Shown here: positions 20,469 through 31,353 of the stretch, one piece after another
How the letters are laid out: every line of letters begins with the position of its first letter
Position numbering within the stretch: position 1 is the stretch's first letter
Virus record (IMG/VR): IMGVR_UViG_3300028844_007948
Span: 64,001 to 128,000 of that record
Strand: one strand, 5' to 3'
Length of the DNA stretch: 64,000 bases
DNA from: a virus
Program-made: the position numbers and the translations under genes
The notes under the pieces: model-generated
Told to the model about the DNA's origin: nothing
The model's input: the letters and a program-made list of their open reading frames with translations, nothing else
Databases searched by the model: none

Positions 20469-21184
20469 TACCTTGCCATGGCGACAAAACACAAAATTTA
20501 GATTCTTTAGTAAAAAGCATCGATTTTCAGAATTATGATTGCAAGGTTGAATGTTATTTTTTAGAAGATCAAATAGCTCCTAATTTCAGAGAATCGTTGA
20601 TTGATTTATGCAGTAACTCATCTGATAAATTTTTAATAAAAAATGAATCAAAGGAAAGACTTTATGGTATTTATAACATCTATAGATTTTTAACTCCACT
20701 AGATTCAGAGAAAGAAAAGGATACTATTTTCGGCATAATAGATTGCGATGACCAGCTTTGGGGGAAAGATTGTTTTACTAACATTAAGTCTGAATATGAT
20801 TCTGGCCATAGCTGTGTTTGGACAGCTAATGAACTTAAAGGTATAGGTATTAATTTTTCAGGGCCTTTAGTTCAAAATTGTGATGTATATTCTCACCCTT
20901 GGGTTTCCAGCCATTTTAAAACTTTTAAACTTTCAGATTTTAAATCAGTTCCTTTTCAAAATTTTCAAGATGAAAACAAAGATTGGTTTGAAGCATGTTA
21001 TGATCAAGTTTTAATGCTCCCAATCCTTCATAATATTTTTAAAAGAGGTGGTTCTGTTAAATATATAAACAAAGTTCATTATATTTACAATGGCACAATT
21101 AATCCAGACCCAGAAACTCGTTATAGAAAATCTCAACTTGAAACAGAAAATTTCATAAGATCAAGGGGGTATGTAAATGAATGA
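20453..21184 (+). CDS. GT2-like glycosyltransferase
   Basis: ILIP..SIDFQ, IIDCDDQL (DxDD); likely ATG at 20453. Confidence 0.7.
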   Translation: MFKILIPCHGDKTQNLDSLVKSIDFQNYDCKVECYFLEDQIAPNFRESLIDLCSNSSDKFLIKNESKERLYGIYNIYRFLTPLDSEKEKDTIFGIIDCDDQLWGKDCFTNIKSEYDSGHSCVWTANELKGIGINFSGPLVQNCDVYSHPWVSSHFKTFKLSDFKSVPFQNFQDENKDWFEACYDQVLMLPILHNIFKRGGSVKYINKVHYIYNGTINPDPETRYRKSQLETENFIRSRGYVNE

Positions 21185-22085
21185 TTTCTTTATAAATAAT
21201 TTCTCCAATATTGACGGTCCTTCGATATTCTCGAAAAGACTAAAAGAGGAACTCGAAAAACAAAATTATAAATTCTCTTCGACCTCTAAAAATAGAATTG
21301 CCGTGACTACAGGTTCTTACGAAAATGATAGCTTTAATATGTTAAGGCTTGACGGGCTTTATTTAGATTCTGGAAATACACTGGGCGACAGTAACATGCT
21401 AAACAAACCTATATTTGAATGTTACGAGAGGTTTGATCATATTATTTTTCAATCTGAATATGCTAAAAAAAGTTACGAAACATTTACAGGAACAAAAAAA
21501 TCTAACACTGTTATATATAATGGAGTCTCTTCAGATTTTTTTAAAAAAGTAGACCCAATAAGCAAGCCAGATGGTTTTGAAAAAGTCGTCATTGCTTCTT
21601 CAAAATGGCGTAGGCATAAAAGATTAGAGGAGTGCATAGAAGCATTTAAAAACAAAAAATTAAAAGATGTAGCTTTGGTTGTATTGGGTGGTTATGAAAA
21701 TGTAGACATGCCAAATGTTTTTACTTTACCAATGATACGCCCAACAGAACTGCCTAAGTATTATCAAATGGCAGATGCAATGATTCATTTATCATGGTTA
21801 GATTGGTGTCCTAATACAGTCGTTGAAGGGTTAGCTTCAGGATTACCTGTTATTTGTAGTCATAATGGGGGAACTAGCGAATTAGTTAAGGGCGATGGTA
21901 TTGTTATACAAATAGAAGATACTTATGAGCATGGAGCAATGGTTGACTTATATAACCCTCCTAAAGTATGCACAGAAACTATAGTTAGTGCTATTCTAAA
22001 ATCTTTAGAGATAGGAGAGATTGAGCCAAGACTAGATCTAAATATAAGGAATACGGCGCAAAACTATTCAGCTCTCTTTAAATAA
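21177..22085 (+). CDS. GT4 glycosyltransferase
   Basis: VIYNGV, HKRL, DWCPNTVVEGLASGLPVI..GGTSELV. Confidence 0.85.
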   Translation: MNDFFINNFSNIDGPSIFSKRLKEELEKQNYKFSSTSKNRIAVTTGSYENDSFNMLRLDGLYLDSGNTLGDSNMLNKPIFECYERFDHIIFQSEYAKKSYETFTGTKKSNTVIYNGVSSDFFKKVDPISKPDGFEKVVIASSKWRRHKRLEECIEAFKNKKLKDVALVVLGGYENVDMPNVFTLPMIRPTELPKYYQMADAMIHLSWLDWCPNTVVEGLASGLPVICSHNGGTSELVKGDGIVIQIEDTYEHGAMVDLYNPPKVCTETIVSAILKSLEIGEIEPRLDLNIRNTAQNYSALFK

Positions 22086-22888
22086 TGGGTATGGGTGGAC
22101 ATTTAATGTGGACTGCGGTAGCAAGAAACATAAGAAAACACAAGGGTCAAACATGCTTAGCATTAGAAAATTATAACTTTTGTATGAGTGACATACTTAA
22201 AAACAATCCTAATTTTTCTTTTAATGGAGATTTTCATTTAGACTTTTCTTTACCCGAAACTAATTACATAAAAAAAGACGGAGAAAGAATTGAGTTCTCA
22301 TGTCCAGGCAAACATGCCATTGAGTATGCTTTAGATTTTTATGGGATAAAAAATGACATAGATTTAAAATGCGAAATATATTTAACGGAAGAAGAAAAGT
22401 TCAATTCAAATTTAATTAAAAACTTATTACCTAAAAAATATGCATGCATTGAGCCGCATTCTAAAACAAGCTGGATGCAATCAAGAATGTATTCTTTTCA
22501 AAAATATCAAAATGTAGTAAATTCTTTAAAAGATAAAATTAATTTTGTGCAGATTGGATCTCCAGAATCAAAAAAATTAGACAACGTTATCTATACTAAT
22601 GGAGATCTTACTTTCAGAGAAACTCATAAAATTTTAGAAGGAGCGTCATTTTTACTATCAACAGAAGGCGGTTTAGTTCATTTAGCGAACAGTGCCAATG
22701 CAAAATCTTTTGTCATTTACACTAGCTATCAATTTCCCGAAATGACAATGTACCCAGAAAATCGCTGTATAGATATATCTTTGTATAGGGATGAAATATT
22801 AGGCTATAAGAGCCACAGGCTTTATTTAGATGAGGTAGAAAAACACGACGAGTCAATTATAATAGATTTAATTAAAGAAGAAATATGA
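22085..22888 (+). CDS. GT9 (heptosyltransferase-like) glycosyltransferase
   Basis: GMGGHLMWT N-terminus; FVQIG; LSTEGGLVHLANSA (DSGxxHLA-like). Confidence 0.7.
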   Translation: MGMGGHLMWTAVARNIRKHKGQTCLALENYNFCMSDILKNNPNFSFNGDFHLDFSLPETNYIKKDGERIEFSCPGKHAIEYALDFYGIKNDIDLKCEIYLTEEEKFNSNLIKNLLPKKYACIEPHSKTSWMQSRMYSFQKYQNVVNSLKDKINFVQIGSPESKKLDNVIYTNGDLTFRETHKILEGASFLLSTEGGLVHLANSANAKSFVIYTSYQFPEMTMYPENRCIDISLYRDEILGYKSHRLYLDEVEKHDESIIIDLIKEEI

Positions 22889-23814
22889 AAAATGTAGAAG
22901 TAACAATAGGCATAACATCATTCAATAGATTTTATTATTTATCTTCTTTATTAGATAGTCTTGCTGTTTGTATGCCTAAAGATATTTTATGCAAAATTAT
23001 TGTTGCTGATAATTCCTCTATAGAGTCTGATTTAGTAAAGCTTAAACAAGACTACTCTGATTATCAAAAAAAAATTCACCCACACAAAATAGAATTTGTA
23101 ACCTGTTCACCTAATCATTGGTTAGAAGCTGAATATGTTGCAAGAAATGCTATCTTAGATAATGCAGAGGGTAAATATTTATTATTTCTCCAAGATGATA
23201 TTCAGTGTGTTGTTAAAGGCTTTTTTATTAATGATTTAAAAACCATAATAGATAATTATGATTGCAGTCAAATACTACTTGATGGAGTTAGAAGGCAAAC
23301 GGTTTTAAGAAAACTAGTTCGGCCAATTAGACATTTTGGAGAAAGTGTTGATATATGGCAAACTGGACATAAACACTTTCCCACCATGGGTTTTGCTTCT
23401 TTAGATCTATATAAAGAAGTTGGACATTTCATGATTAATGCTTCTGCGGGATGGGGTCAAGGGGAAAACGATTATAGTAATAGGGTGAATTCAAAATTCC
23501 CAGAAAAATCAATCTTCTTCCTGCAGGTTCCACCTTTTGTTGGTATATGGAATGACCCCAGGGGACACTATTCCTTCATAAGAGATGGTAAAAGAAAAGG
23601 TCATTATATAAAAGCTGCTTCATCTGATAATTTTTATTATGAAATATTATCAGAGCCAAAAATAAAAGAGTTAAACTCAATGCAGATCCCATGTTCATTT
23701 AGAGAAATAGCTCACCCAATTGGTTGGGATTATGCAAAAGAGTCAGACGGAGAACAAACAAAATATCCTCAGCAAAGTATCATAGAAGAAGGACCAAGTG
23801 AAGATATACTTTGA
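22885..23814 (+). CDS. GT2 glycosyltransferase
   Basis: IGITSFNR, VADNSS, LFLQDD, GENDYSNR. Confidence 0.8.
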   Translation: MKNVEVTIGITSFNRFYYLSSLLDSLAVCMPKDILCKIIVADNSSIESDLVKLKQDYSDYQKKIHPHKIEFVTCSPNHWLEAEYVARNAILDNAEGKYLLFLQDDIQCVVKGFFINDLKTIIDNYDCSQILLDGVRRQTVLRKLVRPIRHFGESVDIWQTGHKHFPTMGFASLDLYKEVGHFMINASAGWGQGENDYSNRVNSKFPEKSIFFLQVPPFVGIWNDPRGHYSFIRDGKRKGHYIKAASSDNFYYEILSEPKIKELNSMQIPCSFREIAHPIGWDYAKESDGEQTKYPQQSIIEEGPSEDIL

Positions 23815-24709
23815 ATATAAATTCGAGAATGGCCCCTGGGGAGGAGGTAATCAATTCTTAAAAGCTTTATACAACGAGCTCAATAATGATTCTCTCATCA
23901 CGGAATCTCCTGAGGATGCGGATGTTATTATTTTTAATGCCCACCAAAATATTCAAGAAGTTTTTCTTTTAAAACAAAGGTTTCCTAAAAAACTTTTTGT
24001 TCATAGAATGGATGGGTTATATAAATTATACAACAACGAGAACGACGAAAGGCAAGATTTAAGTATAGCAATCAATGAAAGTGTTGCAGACCTCACCGTC
24101 TTTCAAACCCAATGGGCTTTAAACGAATATATTAAAGAGGGGTTTAACCTCAATAGATCGCACTCGGTTATAGTTAATGCTCCTAATTCTGATATATTTA
24201 AACGTCCTGCGTCTAAATTTTATTACAAAAAAACAAGACTTGTTTGCACCTCTTGGTCTATAAATAAAAACAAAGGGTTTGATTATTATAAATATTTAGA
24301 TGATAATTTAGATTTTTCAAAATACATTTTTACATATATAGGAAACGATCCAGGTATAGAATTTAAAAACATAAGAAAAGTTGGACCTTTTGATTCTCAT
24401 AGACTATCGAAAGAATTAGTAAACCATGATATTTTCATTACAGCGAGCAAGCACGAATGTTGTTCTAACTCTTTATTAGAAGCAATGTCATGCGGTCTCC
24501 CAGCTATTGGATTAAATAGCGGCGGAACTCCAGAATTAATTAATAAAGGAGGGGAGCTTTTTGATAATCAAGAAGATTTAAAAGATAAAATAGATTTGGT
24601 ATCTAAAAACCTAGGCTCTTATTCTGATTCGGTAAAAGTAAAAACTATAAAAGAAATAAAAAACGAATACTTAAATTCTATAAATAATAATAAAGATGAT
24701 AGATTTTAA
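23798..24709 (+). CDS. GT4 glycosyltransferase
   Basis: GGGNQF, NKG, HECCSNSLLEAMSCGLP..SGGTPELI. Confidence 0.85.
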   Translation: MKIYFEYKFENGPWGGGNQFLKALYNELNNDSLITESPEDADVIIFNAHQNIQEVFLLKQRFPKKLFVHRMDGLYKLYNNENDERQDLSIAINESVADLTVFQTQWALNEYIKEGFNLNRSHSVIVNAPNSDIFKRPASKFYYKKTRLVCTSWSINKNKGFDYYKYLDDNLDFSKYIFTYIGNDPGIEFKNIRKVGPFDSHRLSKELVNHDIFITASKHECCSNSLLEAMSCGLPAIGLNSGGTPELINKGGELFDNQEDLKDKIDLVSKNLGSYSDSVKVKTIKEIKNEYLNSINNNKDDRF

Positions 24710-25358
24710 TTTTAAATTTAACGATTCTGAGTCTGAGTTTTATTGGAATTCAATATCGAAGGGGCAATGGGAGCCAGAGACTTTCAAAATTTTAGATCAA
24801 TATAAAGACTCTAATTTAGTATATATAGATATAGGGTCCTGGATAGGCCCCACAGTTCTTTATGCATCTCAAAAATATAAAAAAGTAATATCCCTTGAGG
24901 TTGATCCCGATCCAGTTAAAAAGTTAAAAAATAATATATCAATTAATGATATTTCAAATATTGATTTTGTTGAAAAAGCTCTCTATGATAAAACAGGTCA
25001 GGTTAACTTTTTTTCTAGATCAAGTTCCATGTCTACATTTTCAACAAAGAACCCTAAAGGGCAAAAAGAAACTGTTATAAATGTTGATACTATAACATTT
25101 GAAGATTTGTTAGATGAATGTAAAATACAGGCTAAAGATATAGCTTTAATAAAAATGGATATAGAGGGTGGAGAAATTAAAGCGATTCCTTCAATGGAAA
25201 AATTTTTAACCAAAAACCCTATACCTCTTTATATCAGCCTTCATCCTATGTTTTTAGATTATGAAGAAATTGATTATTTGCAAAATATACTCCGCTCAAT
25301 TTATAATAATATCGAAGTTGTAAGAGGTAAACATCCAGAATTTATTTGCCATAGCTAA
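24696..25358 (+). CDS. FkbM-family methyltransferase
   Basis: WEPET, IDIGSWIG, LIKMDIEGGE. Confidence 0.85.
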   Translation: MIDFNFKFNDSESEFYWNSISKGQWEPETFKILDQYKDSNLVYIDIGSWIGPTVLYASQKYKKVISLEVDPDPVKKLKNNISINDISNIDFVEKALYDKTGQVNFFSRSSSMSTFSTKNPKGQKETVINVDTITFEDLLDECKIQAKDIALIKMDIEGGEIKAIPSMEKFLTKNPIPLYISLHPMFLDYEEIDYLQNILRSIYNNIEVVRGKHPEFICHS

Positions 25359-25359
25359 T

Positions 25360-26106
25360 ATGAATAAACTCTGTATAATTTGCCCAGCTATTCTTGATAT
25401 AGAATGTTATCAAAAACATTTCGATACTCTTGATAATATTTTCTTCAATAGAAATACTTTTTTTGAATATATTATTCATTTGGACGACCACCTCAGAGAA
25501 TCTTCTTCTATTTGTACAAAAGATGATTATATTAACCTCGTAAAGAAGATAAACGAAAAATACACTAATGTTAATGCTAGCATTTTTATATCAAATCCAA
25601 GGTTAGGTCTTCCCAGAAGTATGCAATTTCTTTTTAAAAAGTTTCTTGATACTGACAGTCAATACTGTGTAGTCATAGAGGACGATTCTGAAATAATTAA
25701 CAAAATTTATACAGACAGTTTTCTAAAACTACTAAGCTCTAAAGAATATATTTATAGACTATCCTTTGGTGCTGGTCATAGGTCGAGCGAAAATCCATTT
25801 TTAGTCAATCAATATTTTTCTACTGAAGGTCACAATATTTTTGAAAACAAAAAAAATTTTTGCTCTCAAAATGGAACCTTCTTCTCTAGGTCATTGGTCT
25901 CATCTATCTTAAACAACTATAGAGATGACATAGAACCTGAAAATTTCATATCAAGTTGCGAAAGTTTTAAAGACAAAAAAATTAGGACTATATTTTCAGA
26001 CCTGAATGCGGATTTTAATAAGTCCTCTAAATGGAGGTTACCTAAAGAATGTCATATCCTATATGATTCTATTAGATTCCTTAGGAGAGTGGGTTGGAGT
26101 GAATAA
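25360..26106 (+). CDS. Putative GT-A fold glycosyltransferase
   Basis: IIHLDD, NPRLG, VVIEDD; glycan-island context. Confidence 0.5.
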   Translation: MNKLCIICPAILDIECYQKHFDTLDNIFFNRNTFFEYIIHLDDHLRESSSICTKDDYINLVKKINEKYTNVNASIFISNPRLGLPRSMQFLFKKFLDTDSQYCVVIEDDSEIINKIYTDSFLKLLSSKEYIYRLSFGAGHRSSENPFLVNQYFSTEGHNIFENKKNFCSQNGTFFSRSLVSSILNNYRDDIEPENFISSCESFKDKKIRTIFSDLNADFNKSSKWRLPKECHILYDSIRFLRRVGWSE

Positions 26107-26818
26107 TTTAAACATAAGTATAGATGATGTAAGCCCGCATCCCCAGTCTTCAACAAAAGTCCTTGAAAGATGTTTTGAGTTAATAGAGATTTTTAACGAT
26201 ATTAAATTCACCCTTTTTATTCCGACTGCTTACTGGAGAACAGTAAAGCCTGATATATCAACAGACACCCCTTTAGTTTTATCTGATTACCCAGAATTCT
26301 GTTCTGAGGTAAGATCTCTTCCGAGTAAAAATTTTGAAATAGGATATCATGGACACTATCACGGTATTCCTGGCTATAATGACAACGATGAATTCAAAAA
26401 CCTCAGCTATCAAGAAGCATTAGACAAAGTAAGACTAATGAAATTAACTGTCAAGAATGCTGGTTTAGAAAATACTTTTAGCCCCATTTTTAGACCTCCT
26501 GCTTGGAAAATGAGCCCAGATTCTTTTAGAGCTTTCCACTCAGAAGGCATTAGCAATTTCGCTATTTTTCCTTTGAGCTTTTGTGATATTGGTTACACCC
26601 AGGCGAAAACATATAAGAATGAAGATGAAAATAAAAAATATAAAAAATCTTACGCCACTTGCTTTCCGCCTTTTGTTCCCCTTGCTTTAAAAAGTCAAAC
26701 CAATATAGTATATCATGCCTGCGAATGGGATAAGAATTATTTAAGCAAAGGTCTTACTGATGAACTTAGACGATTTATATCATCAAATAATAACACAATA
26801 AAATTTAATTTTTTATGA
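26099..26818 (+). CDS. Polysaccharide deacetylase (CE4 / DUF2334-like)
   Basis: ISIDD, EIGYHGHYH, FRPPAW; likely GTG start at 26099. Confidence 0.8.
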   Translation: MNNLNISIDDVSPHPQSSTKVLERCFELIEIFNDIKFTLFIPTAYWRTVKPDISTDTPLVLSDYPEFCSEVRSLPSKNFEIGYHGHYHGIPGYNDNDEFKNLSYQEALDKVRLMKLTVKNAGLENTFSPIFRPPAWKMSPDSFRAFHSEGISNFAIFPLSFCDIGYTQAKTYKNEDENKKYKKSYATCFPPFVPLALKSQTNIVYHACEWDKNYLSKGLTDELRRFISSNNNTIKFNFL

Positions 26819-27714
26819 ATATTTTAGTAACTGGAGGGGCTGGTTTTGTAGGAACATCTTTAATTAAAAAACTTTTAAAAAAATATAATGATTGTAAAAT
26901 TATATCTATAGATAACTACAGTTGTGGCAAAATAGAAAATCATATCGTATCCAAAAGGGTGCTGTATTTAAATAAAGACACTAGGGATTTGAATAATGTT
27001 GACGCCCCTCTGCTCTGGAACAATAAAAAGTTTTCTCCCGATGTGGTTTTTCATTTTGGAGAATATTCAAGAATAGTTACTAGTTTTGATAATATAAATC
27101 TTTGCTGGGATTATAATATGCAGGGAAGTAAATCTGTTTTAGATTTTTGCATATCAGAAAATTGCAAACTAATATATAGTGCAAGTAGCAGTAAGTTTGG
27201 AAACGACGGAAAAGATGAAAACCTATCTCCTTATGCTTGGATGAAAGCAAAGATAGTAGAGTTAATAAAAAACTACTCAGACTGGTTTGATTTAAAATAT
27301 GAAATAACTTATTTCTATAATGCTTATGGTCCTGGTCAGGTCAGGTCAGGAGATTATGCTACGGTTATAGGGATATTTGAGGAACAATACTCTAGAGGCT
27401 CCCCATTGACTGTTGTTTCTCCAGGAGAACAGTCTAGAGATTTCACTCATATTAATGATATTGTCAGAGGTGTTATTTTAGCTTATGAAAAAGGTCAACA
27501 AGGAGAGTATCCGCTTGGCACTGGTACTCCTCATAAAATTATAGATGTTGCTGAAATGTTCAAACATAAACATGTTTTGATTCCTGAAAGAAAGGGTGAA
27601 AGATTTTTTGGTAAAGCGGTTCCTTCTTTGACTTATCAGCATTTGGGATGGAAGCCGCAGATTAAATTAGAAGATTATATATCAACCGTTATAAAGAATG
27701 AAGAGAAAAATTAG
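26815..27714 (+). CDS. NAD-dependent NDP-sugar epimerase/dehydratase
   Basis: TGGAGFVG, ASSS, SPYAWMK (YxxxK), SRDFTHI. Confidence 0.88.
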   Translation: MNILVTGGAGFVGTSLIKKLLKKYNDCKIISIDNYSCGKIENHIVSKRVLYLNKDTRDLNNVDAPLLWNNKKFSPDVVFHFGEYSRIVTSFDNINLCWDYNMQGSKSVLDFCISENCKLIYSASSSKFGNDGKDENLSPYAWMKAKIVELIKNYSDWFDLKYEITYFYNAYGPGQVRSGDYATVIGIFEEQYSRGSPLTVVSPGEQSRDFTHINDIVRGVILAYEKGQQGEYPLGTGTPHKIIDVAEMFKHKHVLIPERKGERFFGKAVPSLTYQHLGWKPQIKLEDYISTVIKNEEKN

Positions 27715-28279
27715 GTTTATAGATTGTGGTGCAAATGTAGGTCAATCTACAGAATGGGCTTTAGAATTCTTTTCAAATCAAGATATTAAAGTTGATTGCT
27801 TTGAGCCATTACCTTATAATTATAATATTTTAAAAAAAAAGTTTTCTAAAGATATTCGTGTAGAAACTCATAATTTTGCAATTAGTAACAGTTCGGAACC
27901 TAAAAAATTTTATTGTCAAGACTGGGGGGCTAGGACAGGCTCTTCATTAGTTGCTGGAAAATCTTCAACGACCATAAATGATTATATAAATGTTAATTGT
28001 TTAGATATATCAGATTGGATTAAAAAAAACATTTTAGAGACAGAAGTTGCGGTTCTTAAAATAGATATAGAAGGCTCAGAGTACGATGTTCTCCCTCATT
28101 TGTTTGAGAATAAAATACATGATTTCATTAAATATTGGTTGGTAGAGTTTCACCCTGAAGTTAAAACTCCTAATTACAATAATTCTGTTAGGCTGGACTC
28201 AAAATCTAAAATAGCCAACTTATGTGAATGGGATCTCAGCTACCAGGATGCTGAAGAAATGTTGCAAGAATTAAAGTGA
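27698..28279 (+). CDS. FkbM-family methyltransferase
   Basis: IDCGANVG, FEP, LKIDIEGSE, VEFH. Confidence 0.85.
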   Translation: MKRKIRFIDCGANVGQSTEWALEFFSNQDIKVDCFEPLPYNYNILKKKFSKDIRVETHNFAISNSSEPKKFYCQDWGARTGSSLVAGKSSTTINDYINVNCLDISDWIKKNILETEVAVLKIDIEGSEYDVLPHLFENKIHDFIKYWLVEFHPEVKTPNYNNSVRLDSKSKIANLCEWDLSYQDAEEMLQELK

Positions 28280-29232
28280 ACTTCATCTTATATGAAATGA
28301 CTTATCTCCGTTATTTCCTTCCGTTAATAATAGAGGGAAATAAACAAGGTATAAAATCTTTTGTTTACTATGGTCAAAACCAAAAATATAACAATCCTTT
28401 AGCTTGTTTAGATTTTTTAACCAAGCTTTCGTGTTTTTATAATTTTGAGTTAATAAAACTTTCTCCCCGATCTCTTCGTGATCCTACTTTTTTTGTCGAA
28501 GGCGAGTATTCACAACACATCAACTGTGACAAAAAAATATCTTTAACTTATATGACTGACTTCAGAATGAGTTTCAAAAAATACATAGATAACATTAACT
28601 TTTGTGTTTTCCCTTCTAGATTTTTTGCTTCACTTGGAGGTTTCGAAAATCACCCTAAGTCTGTGTTTTATGGAAGTCCAAAGTATGATATCAACTTTAA
28701 CTTAGATGAAATTTTCGAGAAATATAAACTCTCAAAAAAAGATAAATATATTTTCATGCCTATGCCTCGACTTAGAGACTCTACCAAGATAGATTTAAAT
28801 TCAATTTGCGATATAGCTAGAGATATAGGTTATAAAGTTATTACTAAAACAAGGGGTAAAGACCCATATAAGATCAACTCGGATTATCACTTTATGGATG
28901 AATCTTGGTTTCCACATGACAGCATGGAGCTTATTTATGCTAGCGACATGGTTATCAATTTTAGCTCTACAATAACTAAAGAGGTCCTTATGTTAAAAAA
29001 GAGAATGTTAAACCTGAACATAAAACCATTCCCTCAAAGGCTGATAAAATTTTATGAGTGTAAGAATTTCAAGAACATGAATTCTGATTTCAATAATCTT
29101 GATTTAATAAAATCCAATATAAAAGATCTACTTGCTAAAGAGTACGATTATGATTACTATATAAAAAAGTTTTTATCTTCAGGTAGTGCTTCAAAGAGAA
29201 TCATAAATCGCTTAGTAAAGAATGAATGTTAA
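28276..29232 (+). CDS. GT-B protein (CDP-glycerol transferase / FlmG-like); candidate nonulosonate transferase
   Basis: YGSPKYD; LIYASDMVINFSSTITKE; directly upstream of neuA-neuB. Confidence 0.5.
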   Translation: MNFILYEMTYLRYFLPLIIEGNKQGIKSFVYYGQNQKYNNPLACLDFLTKLSCFYNFELIKLSPRSLRDPTFFVEGEYSQHINCDKKISLTYMTDFRMSFKKYIDNINFCVFPSRFFASLGGFENHPKSVFYGSPKYDINFNLDEIFEKYKLSKKDKYIFMPMPRLRDSTKIDLNSICDIARDIGYKVITKTRGKDPYKINSDYHFMDESWFPHDSMELIYASDMVINFSSTITKEVLMLKKRMLNLNIKPFPQRLIKFYECKNFKNMNSDFNNLDLIKSNIKDLLAKEYDYDYYIKKFLSSGSASKRIINRLVKNEC

Positions 29233-29803
29233 TATTATTATACCCGCAAGAGGGGGTAGCAAAAGATTAAAAGATAAAAATATTTTTCCTATTTTCGGAA
29301 AACCTATGATTTATTGGGCTATTAGAGCTGGGTTATCACTAAATCCAGATTACAAAACCAAGGTTTGGGTCACATCTGATAGCGAAAAAATCTTATCTGA
29401 ATCTAAAAAATATGGAGCCGAGACCATCTTACGTGATAAAAGTTTAGCTTGTGATCGTACATTCAAACAAGCTGCAGTTAGAGATGCTGCTAGCAAGATA
29501 TCTCAAAAAAACCCTTGTAATGTATGGATTTCTCTTCAGCCTAATTCTCCAGAAATAGAAGGTCTTCATTTAAAAGATGGCATCAATCTTTTATTGAACA
29601 GAAGTAAAGATGAAATCTTTAGTGTTGATTCTGATTTAATGCAAAATGCTGCCTTTAGAATATTTAAAGGGGATTATGTTTTTCAAAAAGATCTTAGTAC
29701 TAATTGCGGGGTGATTGTTTGTGATATCCAAGATGTTCATACAATAGATGATGCCCAGTATATAGAGTCAAAACCTCCAGCGAGAACAGTTTCTTGGTCA
29801 TGA
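29222..29803 (+). CDS. neuA: CMP-nonulosonate synthetase (acylneuraminate cytidylyltransferase)
   Basis: IIPARGGSKRLKDKN, GKPMI, VTSD, LQPNSP, DVHTIDD. Confidence 0.9.
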   Translation: MNVNIIIPARGGSKRLKDKNIFPIFGKPMIYWAIRAGLSLNPDYKTKVWVTSDSEKILSESKKYGAETILRDKSLACDRTFKQAAVRDAASKISQKNPCNVWISLQPNSPEIEGLHLKDGINLLLNRSKDEIFSVDSDLMQNAAFRIFKGDYVFQKDLSTNCGVIVCDIQDVHTIDDAQYIESKPPARTVSWS

Positions 29804-30486
29804 GTGTTTATATTATAAGTGAATTGTGCGGTCAATGGGGAGGCTCCATTGATAAAGCAAAAAAAATGATAGACCAATCCGCCGAAGGTGGAGCTAATGC
29901 TGTTAAAGTTCAACTTTATGACACTTACAGAATGCCTGGAAAAGATAGACACAAGTGGGAATACCTTTCTATGTCCAAAGATGTTTTTCTAGAGCTCAAA
30001 TCTTATTCCGAAAGCAGCGGTTTAGATTATTTCGCGTCAGTTTTTCATTTAGATAGGTTTGAGTGGGTTAAAGAGTCGGGCTTATCTATAAATAAAATAG
30101 CGAGTGGTTTAATAAAAAATGATTTTGAGCTTTGCTGTCATATGGTAAAATCTAATATAAAAACATATTGCTCTTTAGGCAAATGGGAAAATGATGGGTT
30201 ACCTTTTGATAATATTAATGTTGATTATCTTCATTGTGTTTGCAAGTATCCTCATACTGAAGAGGAGGGAATATCCTTGCTGCCAAAATATTTTGATAAA
30301 AATTTAGTCGGTTATAGCGATCATTGCGATGGAATAAATGCTTGTAAAGAGGCTATTAAAAGAGGGTCCACTGTTATAGAAAAACATTTTACATTAGACA
30401 AAAACCTTCAATCGGAAACGGAAGCAGCTCATCATTGCTCAATGAACCTTAAGGAGCTCAAGGAACTTTCTAAATTTTGTAAGTAA
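29800..30486 (+). CDS. neuB: Nonulosonic acid synthase (NeuB/PseI/LegI family), lacking the SAF domain
   Basis: AVKVQ, KIASG, LHCVCKYP, GYSDH, IEKHFTLD; ATG at 29800. Confidence 0.88.
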   Translation: MSVYIISELCGQWGGSIDKAKKMIDQSAEGGANAVKVQLYDTYRMPGKDRHKWEYLSMSKDVFLELKSYSESSGLDYFASVFHLDRFEWVKESGLSINKIASGLIKNDFELCCHMVKSNIKTYCSLGKWENDGLPFDNINVDYLHCVCKYPHTEEEGISLLPKYFDKNLVGYSDHCDGINACKEAIKRGSTVIEKHFTLDKNLQSETEAAHHCSMNLKELKELSKFCK

Positions 30487-31347
30487 ATGGATGTAGGTAT
30501 TTTTCTTTCTTGTTACAACTCTGAAAATACAATAGAAGATTGTATTAATTCTATTCTATCTCAGACTTTTCGTGGTTTTTCTCTGTATATATTTGATGAT
30601 AACAGTACTGATGATACTGTTAAAATGATATCAAAGATAAAAGATGATAGGGTAAAGTTAATTTGTTCTGATTCAAATATTGGAACATATGCATCTAAAA
30701 ATTTTTTATTAAAAAAATATGGAGGTTTACATAAATACATAGCACTTCAAGATGCCGATGATATAAGTATCAAAGATCGAATACAAGAACAGTACGACTT
30801 TCTTGAAAATAGCGACGAGTTAACAGCTTGTTGTGGAACAAATATTATTGAGTTCTGGGAAGATGGTTATACCCCTCATACAGTTTCTAAAGAAAAAGCA
30901 GTTAAGAATAGTAGAAAAAACCACTACCCTGTAAATGTTAAAAGGTCAATATTAAGAGATATATGTAATTATCTTTCAAGCGAAGATCTTTACAAAGATT
31001 ATATGAAAGTTAAAATTTGCATGAATGGATCTCTAATGTTCAAAAGAAGCGTTCTGGATGAGCTTGAAGGCTGGGACGGGAACACCCATATAGCTGCGGA
31101 CACAGGAATTTTTCTCAGAATATTGTCAAAGTATAAGATATTTAATTTGCAAGAGTTTTTATATAAACGCAGATTTTCAAAATCATCTTTGACTGCCAGT
31201 AGTAATTTTGGTGTTTCTTCTGATCTCAGAAAATCATACAATTTGAAAAGAAGTGAAATCCCAAAACTCTCCTTAGCTGGGGTAGTGCAAAAAGAGAATT
31301 TTTTCTTTCCTGAATTTAACTTTAAAATTATCGATCTCAAATCATAA
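30487..31347 (+). CDS. GT2 glycosyltransferase
   Basis: YNSE, DDNSTD, QDADD. Confidence 0.88.
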   Translation: MDVGIFLSCYNSENTIEDCINSILSQTFRGFSLYIFDDNSTDDTVKMISKIKDDRVKLICSDSNIGTYASKNFLLKKYGGLHKYIALQDADDISIKDRIQEQYDFLENSDELTACCGTNIIEFWEDGYTPHTVSKEKAVKNSRKNHYPVNVKRSILRDICNYLSSEDLYKDYMKVKICMNGSLMFKRSVLDELEGWDGNTHIAADTGIFLRILSKYKIFNLQEFLYKRRFSKSSLTASSNFGVSSDLRKSYNLKRSEIPKLSLAGVVQKENFFFPEFNFKIIDLKS

Positions 31348-31353
31348 TATATC

